Source: a virus
Taxonomy: Duplodnaviria; Caudoviricetes
DNA length: 64,000 nucleotides
Reading direction: 5' to 3' (one strand)
Virus record (IMG/VR): IMGVR_UViG_3300010355_001062
Coordinates: 1 to 64,000 of that record
In this document: in pieces, positions 9,281 through 18,973 of the stretch
How positions within the stretch are numbered: the first letter of the stretch is position 1
How the letters are laid out: every line of letters starts with the position of its first letter
Program-made: the position numbers and the translations under genes
Notes under the pieces: generated by a model
Told to the model about the DNA's origin: nothing
The model's database searches: none
What the model saw: only the letters and a program-made list of their open reading frames with translations

Positions 9281-9804
9281 TAATTAAGCTTTTCGATGTT
9301 ATATGCTACTACTACTTCCAGTAGAATACCGCACTCGGTAAGGTATGCACATAAAGCGACTAATGTACAAGCTAAGCGAAATTTAATAGCTTCAGCACGG
9401 GCTAAGCTCAATACGCCGTCATCGTCGCGCTGTGCTTTTTTCCATACATTAGCTATCTCAGTGCCATTAGCTACAGCGTGCATTAGTGGTGCATTTAACA
9501 TGTGTATTTCCTTGGCCATTTCGGTCAAAGCTTCCTGCGCCTTATCTAGGCTTTCCACGTATATATCCACCATAGCTAACAAGTCAGTTAGCTTTAGCTT
9601 TAGCTCATGGGCTACAACAGCTATATACCATAGCACGTCGCCAGCTTCGTCTACTAGCTTATTCGACATCTTATTGAGATACTGCTCACGCAGAAGCTCA
9701 CCCAATTCTCCGCATAAGCCCAGCACTGGGTAATTAAGATTAGCTCCAACATTAGGGTATCTAGCCGTTTTCAGGGCGGCCTTCTGATAATCGTTGATTT
9801 TCAT
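9280..9804 (-). CDS. MazG-like nucleoside triphosphate pyrophosphohydrolase
   Basis: DYQKAALKT...LGLCGELGEL...DEAGDVLWY; a second degenerate MazG half; ends YNIEKL. Confidence 0.85.
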   Translation of the reverse strand: MKINDYQKAALKTARYPNVGANLNYPVLGLCGELGELLREQYLNKMSNKLVDEAGDVLWYIAVVAHELKLKLTDLLAMVDIYVESLDKAQEALTEMAKEIHMLNAPLMHAVANGTEIANVWKKAQRDDDGVLSLARAEAIKFRLACTLVALCAYLTECGILLEVVVAYNIEKLN

Positions 9805-10339
9805 TGATTGGAATTAGATGTCCATATCTTTCGATAATCTCTGCCTCAACCATGTCGGACTCGCCTTCCGATGTTATTAGCCGAACATTACCTATAGAAT
9901 CTGGCATTATCAGTTTAAATGAATTTATAGTTAAGCTAGAAGCTTTCTCAACTGGTACGCTAGTCGTAAAATTACGCTTATAGCTCCAGTGTTTCTCCAG
10001 CATAGCTAATCGCTTGGAAACTTCTGGCATAGATTTGGCCGCGTCCAAGCGATTGAATTGGTTCAATGTAGCTTGGTGTAGTCGCTCATAGAATGCATCG
10101 ACAAAATCGATCAAATAGCCGAATTCCTCACTGAAGTAAGGATGCTCTAAACCCGATTGGTCATAAGCGTCGAGGACTGCTTTTAGCTTCACATGATCTA
10201 TACGACACGGTTGGCCTGTAACCTTACCGTGACGCCTAGCTAGTACACATAACATCTGGATAGATAAGCTGAATGCTTCTACATCATCCATTCGCTCAAA
10301 TGCTTGTAAAGCTACTGTGCAGTCCTCTGGGCTTATCAT
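9761..10339 (-). CDS. Hypothetical helical protein, possible terminase small subunit
   Basis: 192 aa, helical, close upstream of terL. Confidence 0.35.
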   Translation of the reverse strand: MISPEDCTVALQAFERMDDVEAFSLSIQMLCVLARRHGKVTGQPCRIDHVKLKAVLDAYDQSGLEHPYFSEEFGYLIDFVDAFYERLHQATLNQFNRLDAAKSMPEVSKRLAMLEKHWSYKRNFTTSVPVEKASSLTINSFKLIMPDSIGNVRLITSEGESDMVEAEIIERYGHLIPINENQRLSEGRPENG

Positions 10340-10908
10340 AGTCTGGTATTTGGATTAGCTACGGGTTTCGAATGGCCATCAGCTCGCCATAATTCGAAAT
10401 TCTCAATTAATTTTATGAGTTTGCGTACATAGTGAGGGTCTTCCGCATAACCTACACGTTTTAGCCGGTATGCCCAACCCTTGTAATTATTACCGGATAA
10501 GCTTAGGATATGCGCGTAGGAGCCGCTAGTTAATAGTTTAGAATGATGTCGAAAGCACCACCAAGTGCTAGCGTATTTAGCAAAATCGCCTTCGCTAAAC
10601 TTCACTTTACCTATAGCTAGCTGTACGAATAAAGGATTACCGTCCTTGGCTTTTATGCCAAAATGGTTATTAGCTAGGCGCACATGGTCACTAGTGCCGG
10701 CGGCTGACTCCAATAAGCCTTGAGCTAGTGTGATACTAGCTGGTACTCCGAATAAGCTATGCTCAGTGGTAGCTACTGTTATGTGTTCCTCCACATAAGC
10801 TTTGAAATGAGCTGGCATTTTGTGATATGCCGGAGCCCCAATGGATTTACGGCCATATAAGCCAGTAACCAATAGTAATAAAATCAAAACATTAATAGTG
10901 TTCTTCAT
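10336..10908 (-). CDS. GH73 glucosaminidase (FlgJ-like) lysin with an N-terminal signal/anchor
   Basis: GVPASITLAQGLLES, NNHFGIK, GYAEDPHY; hydrophobic N-terminus. Confidence 0.88.
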   Translation of the reverse strand: MKNTINVLILLLLVTGLYGRKSIGAPAYHKMPAHFKAYVEEHITVATTEHSLFGVPASITLAQGLLESAAGTSDHVRLANNHFGIKAKDGNPLFVQLAIGKVKFSEGDFAKYASTWWCFRHHSKLLTSGSYAHILSLSGNNYKGWAYRLKRVGYAEDPHYVRKLIKLIENFELWRADGHSKPVANPNTRL

Positions 10909-10911
10909 GAC

Positions 10912-11427
10912 TTAGTTGTTTTGCCACCACCAGGGCTGGGGGCCGTGTGCCCATCGAGCGAACTTGCATTTATGAATTGAATAATAAGTTCTGTAAGCAG
11001 CTACTGCGCATTCATTACGGCATTCATCCGGCATAGCCTGTGCGAATGCCGTAAGCCCTATATCAGGCACATTAATAGTGTCGATAGTATCAGCTATACT
11101 CAGTAATCTAGCATTCATAGGCTTACCGAAGCGGAATGTGTATTCCACTAAAGTAGCACGTAAATGAGTATTTAACCATTGCACATTACTTAATGATTGC
11201 CTAAGCCATACTGCACATGGGTGATTTATATGTGTAGCTTTCATCAAGAATTCGTGCATAATTTGCTTGTTACTGTCGTATGTCTGGTATATAGGCTTTT
11301 CTATACCCAGCGAACGCAGATAAGTGCTAAATAGCTAACCATATTCTAGCGACATTTTTACTACGTGCTGGTCGCACATATAAGACGCCGCTAGTTCTGG
11401 GTCATAATCAAGTACAAATATATTCAT
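10912..11427 (-). pseudogene. Pyrimidine-dimer DNA glycosylase/endonuclease V-like gene interrupted by one in-frame TAG
   Basis: MNIFVLDYDPELAASYMCDQHVVKMSLEYG*LFST...HINHPCAVWLRQS...QAMPDEC...AYRTYY; the TAG at 11335-11337 sits at the usual Gln of LExAQLLST. Confidence 0.75.
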
Positions 11428-11518
11428 ATTTTCGGATTTTTCAAAATTATTTTTCAATCCCTAAAGATATGAATATTTATCCTGAAATTCCCTATATCAT
11501 CCTTAAAATCCCTGAAAA

Positions 11519-11728
11519 TTAAACATTTTCGGGGATTTTAAGAATCAATTTATCGTAATCTACTTGGTGCTCTTTGTATACACTTTCTATGAACTCTCGT
11601 AGTAGTTCTGGGTGATGTAGCGCTATATAAGCTAGCATAGCTCCTGGCACCCAGCCTAAATCGTTTAGCCATAAAGTATAGTCATCACAAACTATAATCT
11701 GACCAGAGCTGGTTGTCCAATTTGGCAT
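11519..11728 (-). CDS. Hypothetical protein
   Basis: 69-aa ORF with TAATG-type coupling. Confidence 0.6.
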   Translation of the reverse strand: MPNWTTSSGQIIVCDDYTLWLNDLGWVPGAMLAYIALHHPELLREFIESVYKEHQVDYDKLILKIPENV

Positions 11729-13083
11729 TATACTACCATTATAACATCTTGCGATGCTCTAGTAACAGCTGTGTATAACCAACGCCTTTTCTCATCGTAG
11801 CCCCAGTTAGCATCGCTAACTTGTAGTAGATTATTCAATAATACTATGGACTTATTATAAGTCGAACCTTGTGCTTTATGGCACGTGGTAGCATAATTGT
11901 AACCGACTTGAGCAAAAGTGCTCAATAGCCTTTTATAATTAGCTGCTGCTGCCGAATACGCCGGAGTGCCTTTACGATGTTGTGTTTGCATACTCTTAAA
12001 ATAAGTAAGCAACATATCGTAATCAGCTTGCGAGTCCTCATGCAATATGCGAATATCGACTTCGGTTTCCTGATCTATGAGTAGAGCATGCGCATTATAA
12101 ACTTTGAACCTAATCTGATCAGTCAGATCATAGTTCTCTACAGTATACGATAGAATTTTAATCTGATCGTTATTGCCCAGTACTACATTATCATCCACTA
12201 CGTGCCTGCCATTCGCTATAAGATTCTCACCATATAAAATCTTAGATTCGTGCACGGAATCGCCGTATATGTAGCTACGTAATGTATCATTCATTTTACT
12301 GGTCATATTCACAGTAGCACATATGACACGCGCAAAGTTAGTGTTATCCCTATATTCACGGCTAGAAAAAATATCTAGCAGGCATTCTCTGAACCATGTA
12401 CGTTCATCACTAATAGCTGAATCAGCTAAATATGTGCCGTGCCCTTCGTGCAGATTAAGCACGAATTTATCAGGCACACTAAAATCAGTCAGTAGATGCG
12501 AAGCTAGCTGTATAATCGGTGATAACTTACCTTGCCTGACTATCTCGGTCAAACGTACACCTTTTATATCATCGGATTCGTAGAATACATTAGCTTGTTG
12601 CCCTTTAGGTGGCAGTAGTTGTTCTACGTCACCAATAAATACAAATTTACATTTACCTTGGTGCTCTATAAGAGAGCTAAACATATCATTATTAAGCATA
12701 CTGCTCTCGTCGAAGAAAATAGCATCATAGTATTTGATAGCTACATCAGCTGCTTTTATGAAATCTGGCTCAAATTCGTTTTCGTTGTCTCTCAAGCCTA
12801 GTAAGCTGTGTACAGTACGGAAGCCTGAAATAGGAGCATCTCCAAGCTTAGCTTTGAGCACGTTTATAGCTTTTCCGGTAGGAGCGCTTATGCATATTTT
12901 CATACGCTGCGCCATACCTCTAGCTATATCAGTAGTTATGAGTGTTTTTCCAGTACCAGCAGGGCCTGTAATCCATACCCAGTTTAGCTTTAATTTACCC
13001 ATTAGATAACTGCGTACCAGCGTATGTGCTTCTTGCTGGCCTGCAGTATAACTAATAACGGGCTGTGTAGTAGAATTAGCCAT
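11728..13083 (-). CDS. Dda/RecD-like SF1B helicase
   Basis: GPAGTGKT, APTGKA, FDESSM, IGDVEQL, IVRQ, YATTCHKAQGST, YTAVTRA. Confidence 0.92.
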   Translation of the reverse strand: MANSTTQPVISYTAGQQEAHTLVRSYLMGKLKLNWVWITGPAGTGKTLITTDIARGMAQRMKICISAPTGKAINVLKAKLGDAPISGFRTVHSLLGLRDNENEFEPDFIKAADVAIKYYDAIFFDESSMLNNDMFSSLIEHQGKCKFVFIGDVEQLLPPKGQQANVFYESDDIKGVRLTEIVRQGKLSPIIQLASHLLTDFSVPDKFVLNLHEGHGTYLADSAISDERTWFRECLLDIFSSREYRDNTNFARVICATVNMTSKMNDTLRSYIYGDSVHESKILYGENLIANGRHVVDDNVVLGNNDQIKILSYTVENYDLTDQIRFKVYNAHALLIDQETEVDIRILHEDSQADYDMLLTYFKSMQTQHRKGTPAYSAAAANYKRLLSTFAQVGYNYATTCHKAQGSTYNKSIVLLNNLLQVSDANWGYDEKRRWLYTAVTRASQDVIMVV

Positions 13084-13417
13084 TTTTACTCAGTTGTGTT
13101 AGTTGGTGTAATGTATAGTTAGCTATCTGAGCATCCAATTCGACGCCCATTATCTCAGCGAATTCCAAATGATCAGCGATTTGCGACTCGTCGCTTATTG
13201 CTTCATTCTCACACAGCTCATGATGATGTCTACATAAAGCCATCAGCTTTTCTGGTATGTCTAATAGCTTAGAGCCACCTGAGCCTCTACCGCCTATATG
13301 GTGTATATCCTGAGCTTGTCTTTCCACCTCCGATAAGAAACATATTTCGCATATAGGTGCTACAGTGGTATCGCCGTCGTAAAAATGGTCAAAATATACT
13401 TTAGTGTGGTTTTTCAT
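13076..13417 (-). CDS. HNH endonuclease-like protein
   Basis: CEIC...DIHHI...LMALCRHHH. Confidence 0.7.
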   Translation of the reverse strand: MKNHTKVYFDHFYDGDTTVAPICEICFLSEVERQAQDIHHIGGRGSGGSKLLDIPEKLMALCRHHHELCENEAISDESQIADHLEFAEIMGVELDAQIANYTLHQLTQLSKNG

Positions 13418-15198
13418 TTCATCACAGTTTGCTTGTTAACTAATTCGAAAGTATATGTCTTGGAATTCGGAAATTCACCAAGTTGTTGATCGATAATAAA
13501 TATAGCCCTATCCTTGGATAACACAGGCATTAACTCCATTATAGCCATACACGCATCCTCGTCTAGCCCTAAGAATGGTTCGTCGATTAGCATTAGAGGC
13601 CATCTGCCATCTGCTATCAAGTCGAATAAACCCAATTGTAGCGTTAGCTGGACTCTAGTTACTTGCCCTTGTGATAAATCACCGTAAGGTATAATAACTC
13701 CATCTGCTCTAGCTATAATCAATTCAGTTTTAGTACGTGTAGCTTCTGCATCGATAGTGAATCTTACAGCCAAGCCAAATAGTTTGGAATAGCGGTCAAG
13801 AGCTTTATTTAGTTTGACAAATAGAGCCTTAGTAACATGGGCTTTAATTCCATTCGGCCCTAGAGCATCAGTATACCAAAAATTGGCTAACTCGAATTCC
13901 TCATTTAATGAAAGTATATTTGACTCTAGCTTTTCTTTAGCTTGTATAGCCTCGTATAATTCCAGAGTAGCTTTTTCTATGTATTCCGAGTAGTCGGTAG
14001 GCTTCGCTAGTAGTTTAGCTCTATGAGCAGCTTGTGCCATCTCGAATTTTAGCTTAGCGCTATTATGAGCTTGTAATTGTTCATTATACGTACGCTCTAG
14101 TGCTTTATGCGCATCCGTCAATTGCTTTATATGAGCGATTATACCATCTGCTCCAGCTCTAGCCAATTTATAACTATCACGCAATTGGCTCAGCTCTTCA
14201 TTGAGTTCATCTATCTTAGCTAGTTTAATCTTTTCAGCTTCTTCTGCCTCCAGCAAGGCTTTATCATAAGTAGCTCGAGCTACACATAATGAATCATGGT
14301 CGAATTCCCTACCGCAAGCCGTACAACCTGTAGCTATTGGTTTTGGCTTCGTTATGGTTTCGCTCTTTATGTGTGACAATCTAGTATTACCTCTAGCTAG
14401 GTCTGTCATAAAACCCATAGCTACTTCCTCAGCTTCTTTTAACTGAATCTGCTGTAATTCCAGCGATAAAGGAGCTAGTGCTGATGGCTCTGGTAAATTA
14501 CGAAGAACATGGTCGGCTTGCGTGAATAGCTTAGTAGCTTCAGCTAGTTGCTCCGCGTAAATAGCCTCTGCCTCAGCTTGTAATTTCTGATAATTACCTA
14601 AATTCGAATTAGCTGTAGTCTGGCGCTGTGTAGCTGAATTTAGCTGCGCAGTAGCGCTACTTAGTTCGGCTTTTATACGATTATAGTCTACTTGTACTTT
14701 AGCTCGTAGTGCATCAACCCAATCCAAATCGAATAATGACTTGAAAAATTCACGTCTTTCATTCTCATCATAGTCGCCCAATCGCCGAGAAGCTGATGCC
14801 ATTATAATGGCATTCTGAAATTGCATGGCAGTCATACCAAGTAGCTCAGCTATCCTGGCATTAATGTCTTTGATATATAAGCCCTCTGGTTTATAATTAC
14901 CTTCGAATTCTTTCAGAAGCTCGACTGATTTAGCACCGCGTGTGAGCTGGTAGTTAGTGCCGTCGACACTGAAATGTAATGTAACTTTTACTGAATTGCC
15001 GGTTAGATTGGATTGTACTGTCCCACCTGATTTTATGGATTTATTATACAGGCAAAAATATAGAGCCTCCATCACACTGGTCTTGCCTGCTCCATTCTTT
15101 CCCCTAAATCGAATAATTCCCTTATCTGGAAAAGATATGATCTTAGGCTCGATTATAGATCGGAAATTTTCAATCCTTAGAGTATGTAGTTTTATCAT
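13414..15198 (-). CDS. SbcC/Rad50 (T4 gp46-like) ATPase
   Basis: GKNGAGKTS, coiled coils with CTACG zinc hook, LSQGQ signature, LIDEPFLGLD. Confidence 0.92.
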   Translation of the reverse strand: MIKLHTLRIENFRSIIEPKIISFPDKGIIRFRGKNGAGKTSVMEALYFCLYNKSIKSGGTVQSNLTGNSVKVTLHFSVDGTNYQLTRGAKSVELLKEFEGNYKPEGLYIKDINARIAELLGMTAMQFQNAIIMASASRRLGDYDENERREFFKSLFDLDWVDALRAKVQVDYNRIKAELSSATAQLNSATQRQTTANSNLGNYQKLQAEAEAIYAEQLAEATKLFTQADHVLRNLPEPSALAPLSLELQQIQLKEAEEVAMGFMTDLARGNTRLSHIKSETITKPKPIATGCTACGREFDHDSLCVARATYDKALLEAEEAEKIKLAKIDELNEELSQLRDSYKLARAGADGIIAHIKQLTDAHKALERTYNEQLQAHNSAKLKFEMAQAAHRAKLLAKPTDYSEYIEKATLELYEAIQAKEKLESNILSLNEEFELANFWYTDALGPNGIKAHVTKALFVKLNKALDRYSKLFGLAVRFTIDAEATRTKTELIIARADGVIIPYGDLSQGQVTRVQLTLQLGLFDLIADGRWPLMLIDEPFLGLDEDACMAIMELMPVLSKDRAIFIIDQQLGEFPNSKTYTFELVNKQTVMK

Positions 15199-16178
15199 TT
15201 GCCTATGAATTGTTGAATGTAAACAAGACGCTTATCGCTGGCTACTCCCTTCGAATACTCATCAAGTATATCCCAGATAACTGGCCTACCATATACCTGT
15301 TCTGTAGCTTCCTCTTGTGTAGTTTCAATAGCAGCTAATTGTTGTACAATGTGCGGACGCACAGTAGTGTAATTAGTGGGTATAGCCCTTAGCGAACCGT
15401 CAGCTAGCAATATGTAAATACATTTATTCTGGCCTAAATCATCAGCAGCTAAATGACATGGGCTGCCTAATATGCGCCCTTTAATACCAATAGCTGGTTT
15501 GTGTATATGCCCACTTAAGTAGGAAATTCTTTGTGATTGTATGGCCTCACCATCGAAATCCGCTGGTAAGTTTAACGTGTTGATTGAGGGAGTTTGGTGT
15601 ATAACCAAGTAGCCACGATAATCTTCAGTAGCTTCAACTAATTCCGTTAATTCGCGTAATGTAGATGCGATAGCTGATTGCGGTTGCAACATATAAGGCA
15701 CAAAACGAAAAATAGCTTTACGAGTATATAGCTCAATATTGTCGGCTATAATAGCTAATTTAGCATGCGCCAGTAAGTTTATGGAGGAATGCTCTACTTG
15801 TGATTGGTCAATATTACGAGTACCAAGATCATGGTTACCAGTAAGGCAATAGAATTCTAATGGGTAGTTAGCCTGCAATCTGGCTACCAAAGCCAGTGTA
15901 CTATCAATGGCTCTTATTGAGATAGTATAAGCTTGATCGAATAAATCGCCGGCGCAAATCATTTTGCGTATCTCCAGTTTTTCACAAGTAGCCCATAGAT
16001 CAATTAATACTTTATGAGTGCGCTCCAGCATATCCTCATCGCCTTCCACTCCACGAAAAACTCCGGGCCCTATATGAAGGTCACTAAATATTAGGACTTC
16101 GGGGTTGCACTTAAAATCGTTTATGTTAATGTCAATCATATTATAAATATTGCGGAAAGCCGAATGGCAGTATACCAC
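15195..16178 (-). CDS. SbcD/Mre11 (T4 gp47-like) metallophosphoesterase nuclease
   Basis: FSDLH, AGDLFD, GNHD, SGHIH, GSP motifs. Confidence 0.9.
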   Translation of the reverse strand: MVYCHSAFRNIYNMIDININDFKCNPEVLIFSDLHIGPGVFRGVEGDEDMLERTHKVLIDLWATCEKLEIRKMICAGDLFDQAYTISIRAIDSTLALVARLQANYPLEFYCLTGNHDLGTRNIDQSQVEHSSINLLAHAKLAIIADNIELYTRKAIFRFVPYMLQPQSAIASTLRELTELVEATEDYRGYLVIHQTPSINTLNLPADFDGEAIQSQRISYLSGHIHKPAIGIKGRILGSPCHLAADDLGQNKCIYILLADGSLRAIPTNYTTVRPHIVQQLAAIETTQEEATEQVYGRPVIWDILDEYSKGVASDKRLVYIQQFIGK

Positions 16179-16195
16179 CCGACTTTCCGTAATTA

Positions 16196-17107
16196 CTAAT
16201 TGGCAGCATCCTGTGGCGCCTCTGGGGTCTCTGTAGCCGCTGGCTGTTGGTCGACAGGCAGTTGAGCTGTAGGAGTTTCGGCGGTGCCCTCGGTCTCAGG
16301 TGCTGTGAATGGCACTTGAGTAGCTGGTGTGCGGGTTCCCTTTTCTTTGAATGGCATAGGTCTTGGGTCAAATCCACCAACCATTTCATCCACTTGAACC
16401 ATGAACATGGATTTCCAAGCCGTGGGCAATGGAACGCCTTCGTCAGGTTTAACGGTCACCCAAAGCCCTTGGTGGTTCTTCTCGAACCGGGCAGTAACAG
16501 TGCCTTGGAAGGTGGATGCACCACCCAAAAGGGCTTTCTGGCCGGGTGAGGCTTCAACGGTTACTTTGGAACCCTCGCCTGGAATCAAGGAATAGGACTT
16601 GCTGGTTTCATCCCAATTGGCTGTGGAGTCCATGACTACTTTGGCAGCCTCGCCTTCGCCTTCGATAAGCTTTTTGGGAGCACCGTGCTTGCGCACAACT
16701 TCTTTCTTGGCTTTTGGCTCTTTTGGAGCTTTCGGTGCCTTTGGTTCCTTCGGAGCTTTTGGCTCTTTAGTGGCCTTTTCCTTGGTGGCCTTGGGTAGTT
16801 TAGCACCGGCTTTTGGCGCATTGGCCTCAGCTTTTACGTGAGCCACGTAAGCCTGGACTTCCTCAGGAGCCCGCTTTACGTATTCATCCAACAGGGACTT
16901 GCCACGATCAAATTCGATGACCAATCGGCAGACTGCCGCAACCGCGACGCTCTCGTCGAATTTCGCTGCGTTACCGTTAGTGCCGTCGGCACTGGTCATC
17001 ATTAATTGCATGACCGTCATGCCGGCCACATTTGCTGCGAGCACTTCTGGTGTAGCCGTACCACCATCCGCTTCAGCGACCCAGTTCTTAATCAAAGGCT
17101 TTTCCAT
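16196..17107 (-). CDS. Protein with a histone H1-like K/A/P/E-rich repeat linker
   Basis: KATKEKATKEPKAPKEPKAPKAPKEPKAKK; distinct codon usage; has its own promoter. Confidence 0.75.
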   Translation of the reverse strand: MEKPLIKNWVAEADGGTATPEVLAANVAGMTVMQLMMTSADGTNGNAAKFDESVAVAAVCRLVIEFDRGKSLLDEYVKRAPEEVQAYVAHVKAEANAPKAGAKLPKATKEKATKEPKAPKEPKAPKAPKEPKAKKEVVRKHGAPKKLIEGEGEAAKVVMDSTANWDETSKSYSLIPGEGSKVTVEASPGQKALLGGASTFQGTVTARFEKNHQGLWVTVKPDEGVPLPTAWKSMFMVQVDEMVGGFDPRPMPFKEKGTRTPATQVPFTAPETEGTAETPTAQLPVDQQPAATETPEAPQDAAN

Positions 17108-17161
17108 CTTCTTTTAGATTTTGGTTTAAAAAATCAATATGATCTAAATCATTTCGGAATT

Positions 17162-17193
17162 CAAATTTAAGATAATAAAATAAGAATTCCAAA
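17162..17193 (-). promoter_or_regulatory. Bacteroidota-type sigma70 promoter
   Basis: TTTG-N20-TAAATTTG. Confidence 0.75.
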
Positions 17194-17211
17194 TAAAACG
17201 GGCAATTATTT

Positions 17212-18054
17212 TCAGAAATATCGAATTTCTTTTAAGCCGGACAAATTTTCCTTATTATCAAGCATCCATTGTTTAGCTTGAGCGTAAGGAGCCGGGCAGA
17301 ACATGTTATAAATAACCTCACTGTAGCCCGTGAGCAGATAATTATCGAATAGGTAATTATAGGCCGAACTAGGTAAGTTATTGTATACGCAAATACAGTT
17401 CAATACATCATCCACAATACCGGTACGTAAAAAGTGTTCTTTGGTTTCAGTGTCAATCTCTTTTATACACGCACTGAATCGCTGGAATTGCGATTCATTA
17501 TATACTGGAGGCACGTTATCACCTGGACAACCTAGAAAAGCTTTCTTCACATTAGCCTTAACGGCTATGTCAATAGCTATTGAGTGATCATTAGGTAACC
17601 TGTATTCCTTCCTATCAGAATATTTCAGCCAGCTATGGCCATGCCCACGTACCATAGCTTCGAAATCGCCATCATTGCTTACTAATCGAGCTATAGCATA
17701 ATGGCTAGTCAATATGTAAGCTAAATCATCGGCTTCTAAGCCTTCGATACCGAAAGTGAGAAAAGCACCAGCCAACCTTTCCTCAGTCTCCGGCCGTATT
17801 TCCATGTATTTTTCGTTACCCACTCTGCCATTTTTATAGCTAGGGCTTAAAGCCTTTCTCCAAGCACGTCCCTTATCCATCACTAGCACTGTAGCATGTT
17901 TATTGGATTGTGTCTTAGAGCTTAGCTCCAGTGCTTTAACTGCCTCAATGACTTTATTAGCTAGTTGCTCTGCTGTTATGTCTTCTTGTGCAGTGTATTT
18001 ACTGATCACATAGTAGTTAGCTAGAGTGACGATAGAGTTATCTATTATTAACAT
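17212..18054 (-). CDS. 5'-3' exonuclease/flap endonuclease (T4 RNase H/T5 D15-like)
   Basis: LIIDNS, MDKGRAWRK..SPSYKNGR, GLEADD, SNDGDF, GCPGDNVP. Confidence 0.88.
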   Translation of the reverse strand: MLIIDNSIVTLANYYVISKYTAQEDITAEQLANKVIEAVKALELSSKTQSNKHATVLVMDKGRAWRKALSPSYKNGRVGNEKYMEIRPETEERLAGAFLTFGIEGLEADDLAYILTSHYAIARLVSNDGDFEAMVRGHGHSWLKYSDRKEYRLPNDHSIAIDIAVKANVKKAFLGCPGDNVPPVYNESQFQRFSACIKEIDTETKEHFLRTGIVDDVLNCICVYNNLPSSAYNYLFDNYLLTGYSEVIYNMFCPAPYAQAKQWMLDNKENLSGLKEIRYF

Positions 18055-18973
18055 TGTGTAGTTGTTTTTGTCTTAGAAAATTAGTTAGTTTCTGATCTAC
18101 GATCTCGCTTTTGTAGTAAAACACTCTAGCGAATTCTGGGCCTCCTAGCTCTAGCAATTCGCATATGCAAAGTAAGTATTTGAATACATCTATGGCTTCT
18201 TCTACTGCATGATTCCTATCGATAGTAGCAGGCCCTGGCTGATGTAGTTTATACTTCGTAGCCCTTAGTAGCTCGAAAGTCTCGTCGGTTAACGCAAGTA
18301 TATATTCGTGCACGCGCTTAATCTTAGCTGATTTGCTCATGCGCTTCACATCGTAGATGCGTGAATTAAAAGCGCTTTGTACTTGCATAAATTTCGCTAA
18401 GTCAATAGCGGGTTGTACATCTGGAGTTATCAAGCGCTCACAAGCTGTCATAACTCCTTGTAATGAATCTTGCGGTGCAATCAAGCGATAGCTAGCAAAA
18501 CACTTAGCTTCGTCTAGCATCGACTTACGTAAGCTATAGAAAGCTTCCTCTGAATAGGTAAGGCCATTTTTCTCGGCTGCGCCACGTTCGATATAAAGGT
18601 CGTACGTATTATCCAGAATTAATAATGTATAATCAAGTGCCTTAAGTCGACTACGCAAATCTTCTGGCGGGATTATCATAGCCTCCAAGCCTATATTCTT
18701 TTGGCGAATAGGGCCGTATACCAATTCAGTAAATGGCGAACGATCGCATAGAATAATAGCATCCTCAGGCATGTTATCAACAAAACCGTAGAAAGCCTCC
18801 ACACATCCAGCATAAAAATATGCTATATGCTCTCTAGCATATTCAGGTATATTATCCTTCATCGAATATAAGAAAGCATTATAGCCTTGTTGCTTTAGCT
18901 TAGTGGTAAGCAACGCAGCTACAGTTGTTTTACCAGTTCTGGGTAAGCCGTCAAATAGGATTACTTTTTTCAT
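18038..18973 (-). CDS. Fusion of a dNMP kinase (thymidylate kinase-like) and a dimeric dUTPase/dCTPase-like NTP pyrophosphatase
   Basis: N: FDGLPRTGKTT, CDRSPFTELVYG. C: QVQSAFN...LALTDETFELL...KYKLH...VEEAIDVFKYLL. Confidence 0.8.
   Translation of the reverse strand: MKKVILFDGLPRTGKTTVAALLTTKLKQQGYNAFLYSMKDNIPEYAREHIAYFYAGCVEAFYGFVDNMPEDAIILCDRSPFTELVYGPIRQKNIGLEAMIIPPEDLRSRLKALDYTLLILDNTYDLYIERGAAEKNGLTYSEEAFYSLRKSMLDEAKCFASYRLIAPQDSLQGVMTACERLITPDVQPAIDLAKFMQVQSAFNSRIYDVKRMSKSAKIKRVHEYILALTDETFELLRATKYKLHQPGPATIDRNHAVEEAIDVFKYLLCICELLELGGPEFARVFYYKSEIVDQKLTNFLRQKQLHNVNNR

Noticed and set aside
11462-11494. Promoter upstream of the DenV-like gene
   Set aside because: The -7 box is TATCTTTA and the -33 box is poor (TAGG, 21-nt spacer), too weak to list as a feature.
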